64,000 nucleotides of DNA from an uncultured delta proteobacterium (GCA_963808235.1 CAWEEQ010000004.1:96001-160000), one strand, 5' to 3'; counted from the first letter of the stretch, positions 17,611 to 28,532 are shown. Program-made: numbers and translations. The notes: a model not told the origin generated them from the sequence alone.

Positions 17611-20600
17611 ATGCAGGAGGACGGCCGACAAAATCACGATGGCGTGGAAGATGTTGAGCCAGTGGCTCAGGCTCCGCTGGTGCACCTTGCAGATAAATAT
17701 CGCGCCGGCCCCGAAGGCCAGCTTCGCGCGCAGGAGGCTTTCTACAGAAACATAATCGAAGGCGCCGCGGACATAACCACCCTCATTTCCCCCGATGGAA
17801 CTATCATCTACGCCAGCGCGACGTTGGCCGAACCCGGGTCGCTGGGCTATGCGCCCGGAGAAGTAGTCGGCCGCAATTCTCTCGAGATCATACATCCCGA
17901 CGACCGCCCGGGAGTCCTCCACGCGATCGCGAATGACCTGGCAGGAAAGCCTACCACCGTGGAGGCCAGGGTCCTCAAGAAAGACGGGACCTGGATGTGG
18001 GCGGAGATGCGCGGCAAGGCCATTGTCGGACTCGATGGCGAAACTATCGTCGCGGCGTACTCACGCGACATCACTGATCGCAAACGCCTTCAGCAACAGC
18101 TGGAGCAGAGCGAGCAGTACCACAAGGCCTTACTCCACGGGTCCTCGGATCTGATTACCGTGGTTGATCAAGACGGGACAGTCCGCTTTGCGAGCGATTC
18201 GATACAGAGAATCCTGGGTTACTCGCCCGACGAAGTGATCGGTCGGCAAATGTTCTCGTTCATTCACGAAGACGATACCGCCCGCGCCGCGGATTGGCTC
18301 CGCAAAGCCGCACAGTCGCACAGCCTGCTAGCCGAACTCCGCGTGCGCCGCAAGGACGGTACCTGGTGTCTATGCGAGGCTAGCGGCGGGGCAATCCTCG
18401 GGCCCAGCGGCCAATCGCTCCTGTTGGTCAATGTGCGCGATATCACCGAGCGAAAACAAATCGACCGAGAGCATGCGCTGCTCGCGGCGATCGTCGAGTC
18501 CTCCGAGGACGCCATCGTAAGCAATTCACTCGATCAGCGCATCACCACCTGGAACAAGGGCGCAGAGCGAACATTTGGCTTTACCGCCGAGGAAGCTATC
18601 GGGCAGCCCGCGAGTCTCTACATGCCGTCTGACATGAGAGCCTGGGGCGAGAATTTTCTCAATGATCTCAAGACCCGTCTCGATCACGTCCAGAGCTTTG
18701 AAGTCCGGTGCATGCGCAAAGATGGCAGCCGCGTTGATGTATGGACGGTCTGCGGCGGAATCCGCGACCGAAAAGGGAAACTGGTCGGCATCTCCGCGAT
18801 CCACCGCGATCTCACCGAGCTCAAACGCGCCGAACGCGAGCAGGCACTGCTTGCGGCTTTGGTCAAAACCTCGGAGGACGCGATCATCAGCTACTCCACC
18901 GACTTCCGGATCACGAGTTGGAACCGGGGCGCGCAGAGACTCCTCGGCTACACAGCGGAAGATGCACTGGGCAAGATGCCCTTCGAGCTTTACATCCCGG
19001 AGGGAGACCGCGAGACGGACCGGACAAGGCTGACCAACGACCTCGCAATGATAAGGGAAAATCGCGAGGCTAAGCGCCAATTCGAAGGGCCAGTGCTGAA
19101 AAAGGACGGCACCTCGTTCGACGGGGTGATTGTGGGTTGCGGAATCCATGACTCGAACGGAAAGCTGATCGGCTTGTCGACGATTATCCGCGACGTCACC
19201 GAGCGCAGATGCGCCGAGCGCAAACAGTTGCAGCTTGCGACCATCGTCAGCGCCTCCAGCGACGCCATTATCGGATTTTCCAAGGACCTCCGAATCACCA
19301 GCTGGAATCAGGCTGCGGAGAGCCTCTATGGCTATTCGGCCGAAGAGGCGATTGGACGCGGGTTTGATCTGTTCGTCTCCGGCGATCAACTTCCTCAGGC
19401 GCTTGCAGCGGACCGGCGTGTTTTAGAGACCGGCGTTCCGATAACATTCGAGCAGGTTTTCCAGCCCAAGGACGGTTCGACGTGCACCTCGCTGGTGAAC
19501 ATCTTTCCGATTCGCGACCCTGAGGGAAAGATAGTCAGCGGCGCCGGCATCGGACGTGACATCACCGAACGCAAACGCGCCGAGCGCGAGACTGCGGCAC
19601 TCGCCGCCATCGTCAATGCTTCGCAGGACGCGATAATAACCACGTCGCTGGACGCCAAGATCACCGCTTGGAATCCGGGTGCGGAAAAAGCGTATGGCCA
19701 CACCTCTCAGGAGGCTATTGGAAAAGGTATCGAGCTGTATGTTCCACCCGAGGAAATGGAGAAAAGCATTGCCGCCATGCGGCGCGTCGTCGAGACCGGC
19801 CAGCCCGTTTCGTGGGAACACACCCGCGTTCGTGACGGCAATAAGTTTTTTACCGCGGTCAACATTTTCCCCATCTTCGATGAGGCCGGAAGGACTGTCC
19901 GCATAGCCGGCATAGGCCGCGACATCACCGAACTCAAACGTGTCGAGCACGAGGCGTCTTTGCTTGCTGCGATCGTTAATTCTTCGCACGACGCGATCAT
20001 GAACGTCTCGTCGCAGGCCAGGATCACGTTCTGGAATCCGGCGGCGGAAAAGGCCTACGGCTACAAGGCCGAGGAAGCTGTTGGAAAAGGTATCGACATA
20101 TTTGTGCCCCCTGACGAACTTCCGGAAACCATCGCCAGAACCCTGCGCGTGGTTGAGACCGGCCAGCCGATCTCCTGGGAACAACACACCAGCAAAATGG
20201 ACGGCACTCGGCTCGTATACGCGGTCAATATTTTTCCCATCCGCGATGCGGACGGAAAAGTTACCAGCGTGGCCGGCATCGGCCGCGATATTACCGCGCT
20301 CAAGGAAACCGAGCGCCAGCTCGTCGAGGCGCGCGAAGTGGCGCTCGCCGCATCGCGAGCCAAGTCGGAATTCCTGTCCAGCATGTCGCACGAGATCCGC
20401 ACTCCTATGACCGCGATCCTCGGGATGGCCGAGTTGTTGGCCGAGGGCGAGCTCAACCTCGAGCAGCGCCGCTATATCGAAATCCTTTGCAACAATGGCC
20501 ATAGCCTGCTCGACCTTATTAACAGCATCCTGGATCTCGCCAAGGTCGAAAGCGGCCGCCTCGCCCTCGAGAACGTCGGATTCGACCTTTGCGAGGTAGT

Positions 20601-21936
20601 GGAAAAGTCCGCTCAGACCCTTGCTATCCGCGCGCACTCCAAGGGCCTCGAGCTGATCGTCAGCATCGCGGCCGACGTACCGGTCGCGTTGCTCGGCGAT
20701 CCGCTCCGGCTTAGACAGGTGCTTGTCAATCTGATCGGCAACGCCGTCAAGTTTACCGAACATGGCGAAGTGTTGGTTTCAGTGGAGCGCGATTGCTCGC
20801 CGGGCGATAAACGGCGCTTGAAATTCAGCGTTCGCGACACCGGCATCGGAATCGCCGAAGACAAGCTTCCCGCGTTGTTCGCCGCCTTCTCGCAGGCCGA
20901 TTCCTCGACCGCCCGCAAGTACGGTGGCAGCGGCCTCGGACTTGTGATCGTCAAGCGACTGGTCAAGCTCATGCAGGGCGAGGTCACGATACAGAGTGAG
21001 CCCGGCAAGGGTAGCACCTTCGGCTTCACCGCGCCTTTTGAATTGCAGCCGGACCCTCCCGCCGCCGAGCCGTGGCCCGATCTTGCCCGGGTCACGATCC
21101 TGATCGTCGATTCCAACCAGACCGGACGCGCAGTCTTGCGCCTGATGCTCAGCGAGCACGGCGCAAACATCGAGGAAGCCGGGTCGTACGCCGCCGGACT
21201 GGCCGTAATCAAGGAGGGCGTTAGCGCCGGCCGGCCTCCGCGAATCGTGCTGCTCGACGATCGAATCGCCGCGCAAGAGGCTGACGAGCCGGCACGTCTG
21301 ATCGCGGCGGCATCGGATTGCAAAGCATCGATCATCGCGATGCTTCGATGCGACAACTTGGCCGTCGATATTTCGCGGCTGCAATCTCTGAAGCTGGAAA
21401 CCTACTTGCTCAAGCCGGTCGATCTGCGCGAAATCGCGAAACTGGTGCGCCACGTCATCACAGGCGATAGCAGCGAGCCGCCGCAGGAACAGCGCCGATT
21501 GGCAAAAGACTCCGGCCCGCCGCCGCTAGTCAACCACTCGCTCAAAATTCTCTTCGCCGACGATTCGACCGACAATCGAACATTGATCCGCGCTTTCCTG
21601 AAAAAGACCCCCTATCAGCTCGACGAAGTCGAAGATGGCAGGCAAGCCATCGATAGCTTCATCGCCGGCCACTACGACCTGGTGCTGATGGACATCCAGA
21701 TGCCTGAAGTCGACGGCTACGCGGCGACCCGCGCGATCCGCGCTTGGGAGCACGACCACAATCGCGCGCGCACTCCGATAATCGCGCTGACCGCCTCAGT
21801 GTTCAGCGACGCGATCCGCCTCGCGCTGGATGCGGGATGCGACGCGCACGTCGGCAAGCCGATCAGCAAGGCGACCCTGCTTCACGCCATCCAGGATGCT
21901 CTCCAGGGCTCCGCCGAAATCAAGCCGGCGCCCTGA
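17611..21936 (+). CDS. Soluble hybrid sensor histidine kinase: 7 PAS, HisKA, HATPase, degenerate REC, REC
   Basis: Seven PAS/PAC units each ending in an RDITE-like motif; KSEFLSSMSHEIRTPM, NLIGNAVKFT, GGSGLGL, LMDIQMPEVDG. Confidence 0.95.
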   Translation: MQEDGRQNHDGVEDVEPVAQAPLVHLADKYRAGPEGQLRAQEAFYRNIIEGAADITTLISPDGTIIYASATLAEPGSLGYAPGEVVGRNSLEIIHPDDRPGVLHAIANDLAGKPTTVEARVLKKDGTWMWAEMRGKAIVGLDGETIVAAYSRDITDRKRLQQQLEQSEQYHKALLHGSSDLITVVDQDGTVRFASDSIQRILGYSPDEVIGRQMFSFIHEDDTARAADWLRKAAQSHSLLAELRVRRKDGTWCLCEASGGAILGPSGQSLLLVNVRDITERKQIDREHALLAAIVESSEDAIVSNSLDQRITTWNKGAERTFGFTAEEAIGQPASLYMPSDMRAWGENFLNDLKTRLDHVQSFEVRCMRKDGSRVDVWTVCGGIRDRKGKLVGISAIHRDLTELKRAEREQALLAALVKTSEDAIISYSTDFRITSWNRGAQRLLGYTAEDALGKMPFELYIPEGDRETDRTRLTNDLAMIRENREAKRQFEGPVLKKDGTSFDGVIVGCGIHDSNGKLIGLSTIIRDVTERRCAERKQLQLATIVSASSDAIIGFSKDLRITSWNQAAESLYGYSAEEAIGRGFDLFVSGDQLPQALAADRRVLETGVPITFEQVFQPKDGSTCTSLVNIFPIRDPEGKIVSGAGIGRDITERKRAERETAALAAIVNASQDAIITTSLDAKITAWNPGAEKAYGHTSQEAIGKGIELYVPPEEMEKSIAAMRRVVETGQPVSWEHTRVRDGNKFFTAVNIFPIFDEAGRTVRIAGIGRDITELKRVEHEASLLAAIVNSSHDAIMNVSSQARITFWNPAAEKAYGYKAEEAVGKGIDIFVPPDELPETIARTLRVVETGQPISWEQHTSKMDGTRLVYAVNIFPIRDADGKVTSVAGIGRDITALKETERQLVEAREVALAASRAKSEFLSSMSHEIRTPMTAILGMAELLAEGELNLEQRRYIEILCNNGHSLLDLINSILDLAKVESGRLALENVGFDLCEVVEKSAQTLAIRAHSKGLELIVSIAADVPVALLGDPLRLRQVLVNLIGNAVKFTEHGEVLVSVERDCSPGDKRRLKFSVRDTGIGIAEDKLPALFAAFSQADSSTARKYGGSGLGLVIVKRLVKLMQGEVTIQSEPGKGSTFGFTAPFELQPDPPAAEPWPDLARVTILIVDSNQTGRAVLRLMLSEHGANIEEAGSYAAGLAVIKEGVSAGRPPRIVLLDDRIAAQEADEPARLIAAASDCKASIIAMLRCDNLAVDISRLQSLKLETYLLKPVDLREIAKLVRHVITGDSSEPPQEQRRLAKDSGPPPLVNHSLKILFADDSTDNRTLIRAFLKKTPYQLDEVEDGRQAIDSFIAGHYDLVLMDIQMPEVDGYAATRAIRAWEHDHNRARTPIIALTASVFSDAIRLALDAGCDAHVGKPISKATLLHAIQDALQGSAEIKPAP

Positions 21937-21948
21937 CTTATCTGGAAT

Positions 21949-22098
21949 CATCGTCGCTACGCGATTGTCGGTGTTGGGATACTCAAGTAAGCAATCGTGA
22001 AGCTGGTCGCGTTCCACAAGACCGAACAGGAAACCGCTGCTGGAAGCGGCTCGAAAGTGGCCGCGCTCGACGACGCGCGCGCGGCCAAATCAAATTAG
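21949..22098 (+). pseudogene. Tyrosine integrase C-terminal remnant
   Basis: Manual translation HRRYAIVGVGILK*AIVKLVAFHKTEQETAAGSGSKVAALDDARAAKSN*; RRYAIV resembles the catalytic-Tyr helix of tRNA-targeting integrases. Confidence 0.65.
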
Positions 22099-22175
22099 CG
22101 TCAAAGTCAACATCAAAGACGTCCCGTCCGAGTGTCAACGATGAACCCTCGAAGCCAGAAAACCCTTGATCTTGT

Positions 22176-22261
22176 TGGTGCCGAGGGCGGGACTTGAACC
22201 CGCACGTGGTTGCCCACGGAGGATTTTGAGTCCTCTGCGTCTGCCATTCCGCCACCTCGGC
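22176..22261 (-). tRNA. tRNA-Leu (CAA)
   Basis: GCCGAGGTGGCGGAATGGCAGACGCAGAGGACTCAAAATCCTCCGTGGGCAACCACGTGCGGGTTCAAGTCCCGCCCTCGGCACCA: full cloverleaf, long variable arm, encoded CCA. Confidence 0.98.
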
Positions 22262-22478
22262 ATAGGGCGCGGACACCCGCGTCATCTTAGGCAAAGAGTG
22301 CGTCGCAGGAAAGTGGCAACCAGATCCGCGCGGCAAACATCAGATCTGACCAAACAGGAGTGACCGCTGGAATGTACGAATAGTCATAAGCAAGTGTGGA
22401 ACTGAATACTCAGTACACTCGTTGCCAATATACTGGGATTCTTTGCGTATATAATGTTCGCAAGCTCACTATGTATTC

Positions 22479-23144
22479 ATGGAAGCAATCGCCGATCGCC
22501 TGGCGCCTGCCAAGATCGACCATCGTTTGGTCACGGGCTCTGGGCTCAGGGTTGCGGCGGGGAATTGCCTGCTCGCCGCGTCCTTTTTCATCGCAATGAT
22601 TCCCGCCGCGCGCGCTCTCACCTGGAACGTGGCCGGTCTCGCCAACCTCGTATGGTTATGCGGCGCCGCGATCATGGCGATATTGTCCTTTGTGCGGACT
22701 GCGCCGCGGAGCACGATGGTCAACATGTGGACCGTCGCCGCGACTGGCGGGATGCTGGTCCTGCCATGCCTGATGCGTCCGATCGCTCCCTCGGCCGGCC
22801 TGCTCGCCCTTGGCGGCGTTGTGCTCGAGTTGCTCGGGATCGCGCTCACGCAGGTCGCGCGCGTTTACATGGGTCGCAGCTTCGGAATCCTGCCTGCCAA
22901 TCGCGGAGTCGTCTCGCAAGGTCCGTTTTCATGGGTTCGCCATCCGATTTATTTCGGCTGGATCGCGCTCTCGATCGGTTACGCGATGTCCTATCCGAGC
23001 GCGCGCAATGTACTGCTGATCGTGGTAACGCTGCCGTTCATGGTGTGGAGAATCGAGCAGGAGGAGCGTCATCTGCGCGATGATCCAGAGTACTGCAGTT
23101 ATGAGCGGCGCGTGCGCTACCGGCTGGTGCCGGGTCTGGTCTGA
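22479..23144 (+). CDS. Isoprenylcysteine carboxyl methyltransferase (ICMT/PEMT) family membrane methyltransferase
   Basis: GRSFGILPANRGVVSQGPFSWVRHPIYFG and RIEQEERHL...Y..Y..RVRYRLVPG motifs. Confidence 0.85.
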   Translation: MEAIADRLAPAKIDHRLVTGSGLRVAAGNCLLAASFFIAMIPAARALTWNVAGLANLVWLCGAAIMAILSFVRTAPRSTMVNMWTVAATGGMLVLPCLMRPIAPSAGLLALGGVVLELLGIALTQVARVYMGRSFGILPANRGVVSQGPFSWVRHPIYFGWIALSIGYAMSYPSARNVLLIVVTLPFMVWRIEQEERHLRDDPEYCSYERRVRYRLVPGLV

Positions 23145-26100
23145 TACTAAGCACCTTGCTGTTTTTTGATCCGTCAGTCTCGCCTGCGATTTTTTTGCGC
23201 GTGCCCATCAGGTAGATGCCGCCGGCCAGCGGCGTTGAAAGAAGCATCGCAAACGCGAGCCCGCCGATCACCGCGATAGCCAGCGGCTGCTGAACCTTTG
23301 CGCCGGCTCCGTATGCCAGCGCCAGTGGAAATAAACCCGCCGCGGTCGCGAGCGTCGTCATGATAATCGGGCGCAGGCGCACCTTGGCGGCGTCCGACAG
23401 CGCCGCGCGCGGCTCGGTGCCCGCTTCGACTTCGCGCTCGGCATGATCGAGCAGCAGGATGCCGTTCTTGGCGGTGATCCCGGCGACCATGATGATTCCC
23501 ATGAACGACGAAATGTTGAGCGTCATGCCGGTCAAGTAAAGTGCGATGAAACTCCCGGCGAGACCGGAGACCGCGGCGACGAGGCAAGCGATCGCCGGCG
23601 TCATCCGCGCAAACTCCCAGACCAGGATCAGGAACATGATGATCGTTCCCGCGACCAGCACCAGCGCCAGTTGCCGAAACGCCTGCTGCTGCTCTGCATA
23701 AAGTCCGCCGTACTCGAGCGACAAACCCGCCGGCAGCGGCATCTTTGCCAGGTTCGCCTTCACGGCTGCGACTCCGCTGCCGAGATCGACCCCTTCCAGG
23801 CGGCCGGTTACGTGCACCACGGCCCGTTGGCGCTCGCGGGCTATTTCGTTCCGCTCGCCCACGTAGTTGAGCTTCGCTACCGACAGGAGCGGCACGCGCG
23901 CGTTGGTGGACGATTTGAGCAGCACTTCGGAAAGCGTGGCATTGTCTTCGTGGAACGCGTCGGGGTATCGAACGCGCACGTCGACCAGACGATCTCCCGA
24001 GAGCACCTGGGTTGCGACGGTGCCCCCGATCACCGAGCTGAGCGCGACGCGGATGTCGTCGGCGCTCAGTCCGTAGTGCGCGGCCAGGATCTGATCGACG
24101 ACCAACTCCTGCTCCGGGATGCTGGTGACAATTCCGTCGGAGACGTCCACCAGACCGCGGATGCCGCGCATCCGCTCGGCCACCTGCCGCGCCGTCGCTT
24201 CGATAGTGGTCTGGTCGGAGCCGAACACTTTGACCTCAATAGGCTCCGGGCTGCCCGATAGATCGCCGATCATGTCCTGCAATATTTGCGAAAACTCGAT
24301 CTTCACTCCCGGCACCGACTCGAGGATTCGCGTGCGTACCGATTCGATCACTGTATCGATATCACGCGTGCGCTCCTGCTTGAGCCGCACAGACATATCG
24401 CCGCGATTCGACTCGGTCAGAAAAAATCCGAGCTGGGTGCCGGTGCGTCGCGAAAAAGAAGCCACCTCGGGCGTGGTCGTGAGCACTTTCTGGATTTTCT
24501 CGAGCAGCGCCGTCGTATCGTCAAGCGTGCTCTGCGGCGGCGTTATGTAGTCGAGGATGAACGCGCCTTCGTCGAGCGGGGGCAGGTAATCGGTGCCGAG
24601 GTTCCGATAAACTCCGTAGCCAACCGCGACCGAGATGACAGCCGCGACGATCGCGAGCGCAGGCAGTCGGATGAATGGGCGCACGATCATCAGATAGCTG
24701 CTCTCGATCGCGTGATAGATGCGCCCCGGCTCGCGCGCTTTGCGGCGAAGCCGTTCCATCGCGAGTTCGATCGCGGGCGTAAAATAAATTGCGAGCACCA
24801 GCGAGATCGCGAGTCCTCCGCCGAGCGTCGCGGCGAGCGATCGCGAAAAAACTCCGGTCACGCCCGACAGAAAAACCAGCGGCGCGAAGACCACGATCAC
24901 CGTCATCGTCGACGCGAACAGCGGCCGCCCGAGATGCGTCAGCGCGGCTCCGACCGCCGTTTCGGCCGACTCACCGGTCGCCAGTTCGCGATGAATCGCC
25001 TCGATCATCACAATCGCATCGTCGATGAAAAGTCCGATTCCCGCGGCCAATCCGCCGAGCGTCATCATGTTGAAGGTCAGGCCCGCAGCCTTCATCACCA
25101 CGCAAGTGATCGCGACCGTGCAGGGGACCACGATTGCCGCTACCAGGGCGCTTATCGGACTCATCGTGAATGCCAGCACGACCAGCACCGCGAGCACCAG
25201 TCCGAGCAGGATCGCGTCGCGGACACTGTTGAACGATTCGGTAACCAGGTCGGACTGGTCATAGGAAAATGTAAGCTTCACGTCGGGGTATCGCGCGCGG
25301 AAGTTTTCGACGATCGCGCGCGCGTCGGCGGCTATCTGCACCGTGTTTCCGCCCGGCCGCCGCGAGATTCCGACCAGCACCGCGGGGCCATTCTCCGATT
25401 CGGTGCGGATATAGTCTTCCTGGATTCCAAGTTCGACCGAGCCGATGTCACTCACCCTGACCGGTTGGGCGCCAGCAGTTGCAATTGGCAGCGCCGCGAG
25501 CTGATCGGCCTGGTGCAGATCGGTCGTGACGACGGTCAGCAGCATCCGGTGCGATTCATTCATCCGGCCCGCCGACGCAATGACATTATTCTTCGCCATC
25601 CCGCTCACGACGTCCCCGGGCGTCAGGTCATGCTGCAACATCCTCGCCGCATCCAGCCGCACCACGAACTCGCGATACTTCCCGCCGACCACTTCGACCC
25701 GGTAAGTGCCTTCGATCAGGTGCAAGCTCGGCACCAGCTCGTAATTTGCGATGTCGGTAAGTTCGGCGAGATTGCGGGTTTTCGAACTCAGACTCATGTC
25801 GATGATTGGAAAGGTGCCGGTCGTGAGCAGCACCGCATCAACCGAGGTGTCGGGGGGCAATTTGGATCGGACGTGCGCAATCGCGGCGCTCAGCATCTGG
25901 AAGGCGTTTTGCGGATCGGCGTCCTCGCCGAACGTCACGTCGATTTCAGAACTGCCGCGAGTAGTAGTCGATCGAACCAGGGTCACCCCTACGACGCTGT
26001 ACGCGGTTTCCTCCAGCGGCCGCGTCACCGAGGCAAGCATCTGCTCGGCCGGCAGGTCGCCGCTATCGGCGAGAATAGTCGCGCGTCGAAAAGTAATTTC

Positions 26101-26199
26101 AGGAAACACCGCGCTCGGGATCATGCGCGCCAGGATGTAACCGAAGATGCTCGCCGCGATCACCGCGATCAGCGCCAGCGTCGAGGTGCGCCGCGTCAC
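23038..26199 (-). CDS. RND efflux permease (AcrB/CzcA superfamily)
   Basis: 1053 aa; NMMTLGGLAAGIGLFIDDAIVMIE, KNGILLLD, RLRPIIMTTLAT, PLAIAVIGGL; the C-terminal overlap with the convergent gene may be an indel artefact. Confidence 0.95.
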   Translation of the reverse strand: MTRRTSTLALIAVIAASIFGYILARMIPSAVFPEITFRRATILADSGDLPAEQMLASVTRPLEETAYSVVGVTLVRSTTTRGSSEIDVTFGEDADPQNAFQMLSAAIAHVRSKLPPDTSVDAVLLTTGTFPIIDMSLSSKTRNLAELTDIANYELVPSLHLIEGTYRVEVVGGKYREFVVRLDAARMLQHDLTPGDVVSGMAKNNVIASAGRMNESHRMLLTVVTTDLHQADQLAALPIATAGAQPVRVSDIGSVELGIQEDYIRTESENGPAVLVGISRRPGGNTVQIAADARAIVENFRARYPDVKLTFSYDQSDLVTESFNSVRDAILLGLVLAVLVVLAFTMSPISALVAAIVVPCTVAITCVVMKAAGLTFNMMTLGGLAAGIGLFIDDAIVMIEAIHRELATGESAETAVGAALTHLGRPLFASTMTVIVVFAPLVFLSGVTGVFSRSLAATLGGGLAISLVLAIYFTPAIELAMERLRRKAREPGRIYHAIESSYLMIVRPFIRLPALAIVAAVISVAVGYGVYRNLGTDYLPPLDEGAFILDYITPPQSTLDDTTALLEKIQKVLTTTPEVASFSRRTGTQLGFFLTESNRGDMSVRLKQERTRDIDTVIESVRTRILESVPGVKIEFSQILQDMIGDLSGSPEPIEVKVFGSDQTTIEATARQVAERMRGIRGLVDVSDGIVTSIPEQELVVDQILAAHYGLSADDIRVALSSVIGGTVATQVLSGDRLVDVRVRYPDAFHEDNATLSEVLLKSSTNARVPLLSVAKLNYVGERNEIARERQRAVVHVTGRLEGVDLGSGVAAVKANLAKMPLPAGLSLEYGGLYAEQQQAFRQLALVLVAGTIIMFLILVWEFARMTPAIACLVAAVSGLAGSFIALYLTGMTLNISSFMGIIMVAGITAKNGILLLDHAEREVEAGTEPRAALSDAAKVRLRPIIMTTLATAAGLFPLALAYGAGAKVQQPLAIAVIGGLAFAMLLSTPLAGGIYLMGTRKKIAGETDGSKNSKVLSIRPDPAPAGSARAAHNCSTLDHRADDAPPARFSTP

Positions 26200-27240
26200 T
26201 TACGCACCCCCGCTCTCTGCTCGTCCGGTTTCTGCTCTCCCGCGACGCGCACGTCGAGCCCGTCGGACAAAGCGTATCCGCCCGACGTGACGACCTGGTC
26301 GTCCGCCTTCACTCCGGCAGTCACCTGAGCCCGCTCATGATCGCGAAGCCCGAGCGTGACGGCGGTGCGATGCGCACGGCCATCGGCGCCGACCACGTAA
26401 ACGTGGTACTTGTCCGCGCCGGGATCCTGGAACAACGCGGCAGCGGGAATTACCACCGCGTCGGGCGCGCTCGAAGTCTCGACTCTGATTTCGACGGGCG
26501 CGCCGGCCTCCGCGATTCGTTCCGCGCCTGCGAAGTCGATTCGCATTGCGGAACTCGAGTTGGTGGCGTCGAAGTTCGGCAGCGGGGGACCGACTCGCGC
26601 CGGAATTTCAACGCCGGGACGAATCGCAGTAGTCACCGTCGCGGACATCCCGGGCTTCATTAAAGACAACTCGCTGACCGGCACCGACGCTTCAATATAA
26701 AGGCTCGCCGGATCGATCAGGTCGATTAGCGTGTCGAGATCGGCGACCATCTGGCCGCTGCTCACGGGCGGTTGCGACACGACGCCGGCCTCGGGCGCAA
26801 CGGACCGGAATACCGGGGCTGTGATTGTAGCGGCTGACCGATTTGGCAAGCGCGTCGGCACTCGGCGGATCGATTTTGCGCGCCACCGCAAGGCCGGCCT
26901 CCGCGGCCTCGGTCTCGCGATTGATCACGTGCGCGACGACCTGACCTTTGCGCACGGAATCTCCGCTCACGAGCTTCAGTCCGATCACTCGTCCCGGCGT
27001 GGGCGCGCGAATGATCACGTGCCGGGCCGCGACCGTTTTTCCGAGCAGGCGAAGCTCGCTCTTCATCGGCTGAACTTCAGCTTTCGCGGCGGATACGAGC
27101 AGGACCGGCTTTTGTGCTGGCGCGCCTCGTCTTCGTCGCTATCGAGTTTTTCCGCCACCGCATCCGATCGACACAGTCATCGCAATTGCCAAACTAATGA
27201 TCGCGCAAAAGGTGTGATTTGAGCGTCTATGCGCCGTCAT
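26196..27240 (-). CDS. RND periplasmic adaptor (MFP) lipoprotein, frameshifted
   Basis: Pieces in successive frames: lipobox VSIGC, IRAPTPGRVIGLKLVSGDSVRKGQVV, VIPAAAL...GVKADDQVVTSGGYALSDG; shifts near 27150-27120 and 26800. Confidence 0.85.
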
Positions 27241-28496
27241 CGGATACGGCCGTACAAGCAGGTTGGTCTCCGCCACCGCTTCTCGCGCGGCGAATTCCTG
27301 GTCGGGACGTTGGAGCCGTAGCTGCTCGGCCTGCTGATACGAATCCAGAACCTCGAGCATCGTCGCGCTCCCACCGCCCAAAAAGCGCGTCCACGTTAGC
27401 GCAAACGCGTCATCGGCAGTCGGTTGCGCCCGCGACAGAATGTCCAATTGGCGCACGGCCTGATCGTAGCGCAACGACGCATCGGCGATTCTGCGCGTGA
27501 TCAGGTATTCCGCCTGATGCGCTTGCGCGATCGCGGAGTGTTCCTTCGCCTTGGCTTGATCGATATGCGATGCGATGAGGCCGCCGTCGAAGATCGGCAT
27601 CGAGACGACTCCGTCATATGAAGCGCCGCCGAAATGTTCGACGGTCGCGGGCGGATCGATTCCAACAAATCCAGTTGTGAACGCGACCTGGAAGGTGGGC
27701 AAGCGCTCGGCCTGGCCGCCTGGATTTGCGAGGTGGCCGACAGAATCGCGCGGCGCGCCGCCTGGATCACCGCGCTCTGTGCGATATCGCCCGACGGCTT
27801 CGGCATCACGCCCACTACCGGCGCGATATCGAGCTCCGCCTGGCCGGGCTGGCCGATGAGCGCCCCCAGCGTCGCCGACGCGCGCTCGACGTTTCCGCGC
27901 GCCACGTCGAGTGCGAGTTCCGTGGTGTCGCGCGCGGTGCGAGCTTTCAGCACGTCGCTCGGAGTCATGCGTCCGTTTTTTTTCAGCGCGTCGATCGTTA
28001 TGACGTAACGGTTCAGCCGCTCGAGGCTCGCCCGCAAATCATTTTGCGCATCGTGCGCGCGGAGAAGATCGAAGTATGCGATCGTCGTATCAAAAACTAT
28101 TTGCGCGCGTGCCGCCGCCACTCCGAGCCGCGAGGCTTCCACCACGTATTGCGCCGCGCGCAGCCGCGCCTCGCGCCGCCCCCAGTCCCACGCCGTGTAG
28201 TCGAGCGTGAGCAGGGCCGTCGAGAGTCCGCGGTTGCTGATGGTCGGATCGTAACCGGGCGCCTGGAAGTACTCGACGCCGGTTCCCACCGTCGGAAACA
28301 GCGGAGCGCGCTGCTCGCGCACATGCGCGGCGCTCATATCGCTCGCCGCGGCGGCGATGTCGACTGAGGGCGCGACGCGAAGCGCGCGATCGATCGCGTC
28401 GGAAAGAGTAATCGGAGCGGCCGCTGCCACCGAAGCCCAAACCGCAACCACGGCAGCAAGCGCGGCCGCAAATGAGCGGCGGCAGGTTGGTCCCAT
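27237..28496 (-). CDS. TolC-family outer-membrane protein, frameshifted
   Basis: Signal peptide, ITLSDAIDRAL, AYFDLL, VSMPIFDGG, GSATMLEVLDS; shifts near 27710 and 27255. Confidence 0.85.
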
Positions 28497-28532
28497 GGTA
28501 AAATGTTAACAGCCGATCGGCGAGTCGTCTAA

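Larger units (their letters stand above)
16379..22233. mobile_element. Decayed tRNA-Leu-integrated genomic islet (about 5.9 kb)
   Basis: Flanking direct repeat of the tRNA 3' part plus an integrase C-terminal remnant beside the tRNA. Confidence 0.8.

Noticed and set aside
18460-20310. Repeated DNA segments as a CRISPR or tandem array
   Set aside because: They are in-frame PAS domain duplications within the kinase; no repeat-spacer structure was seen anywhere in the window
23038-23174. Genuine 107-nt convergent overlap of RND and methyltransferase
   Set aside because: An indel in the T-run near 23190 would end the RND at the TGA at 23174; likely an artefact
24286-26328. Long antisense ORFs (680 aa here; also 43030..44562, 38291..39664, 19423..20763, 31314..32501, 41167..42345)
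   Set aside because: Arg-rich shadow frames opposite well-supported genes, expected in high-GC DNA
26196-28496. Programmed ribosomal frameshifting in tolC/MFP
   Set aside because: Multiple shifts per gene without consistent slippery sites; the same pattern occurs in proC, yggS and maf
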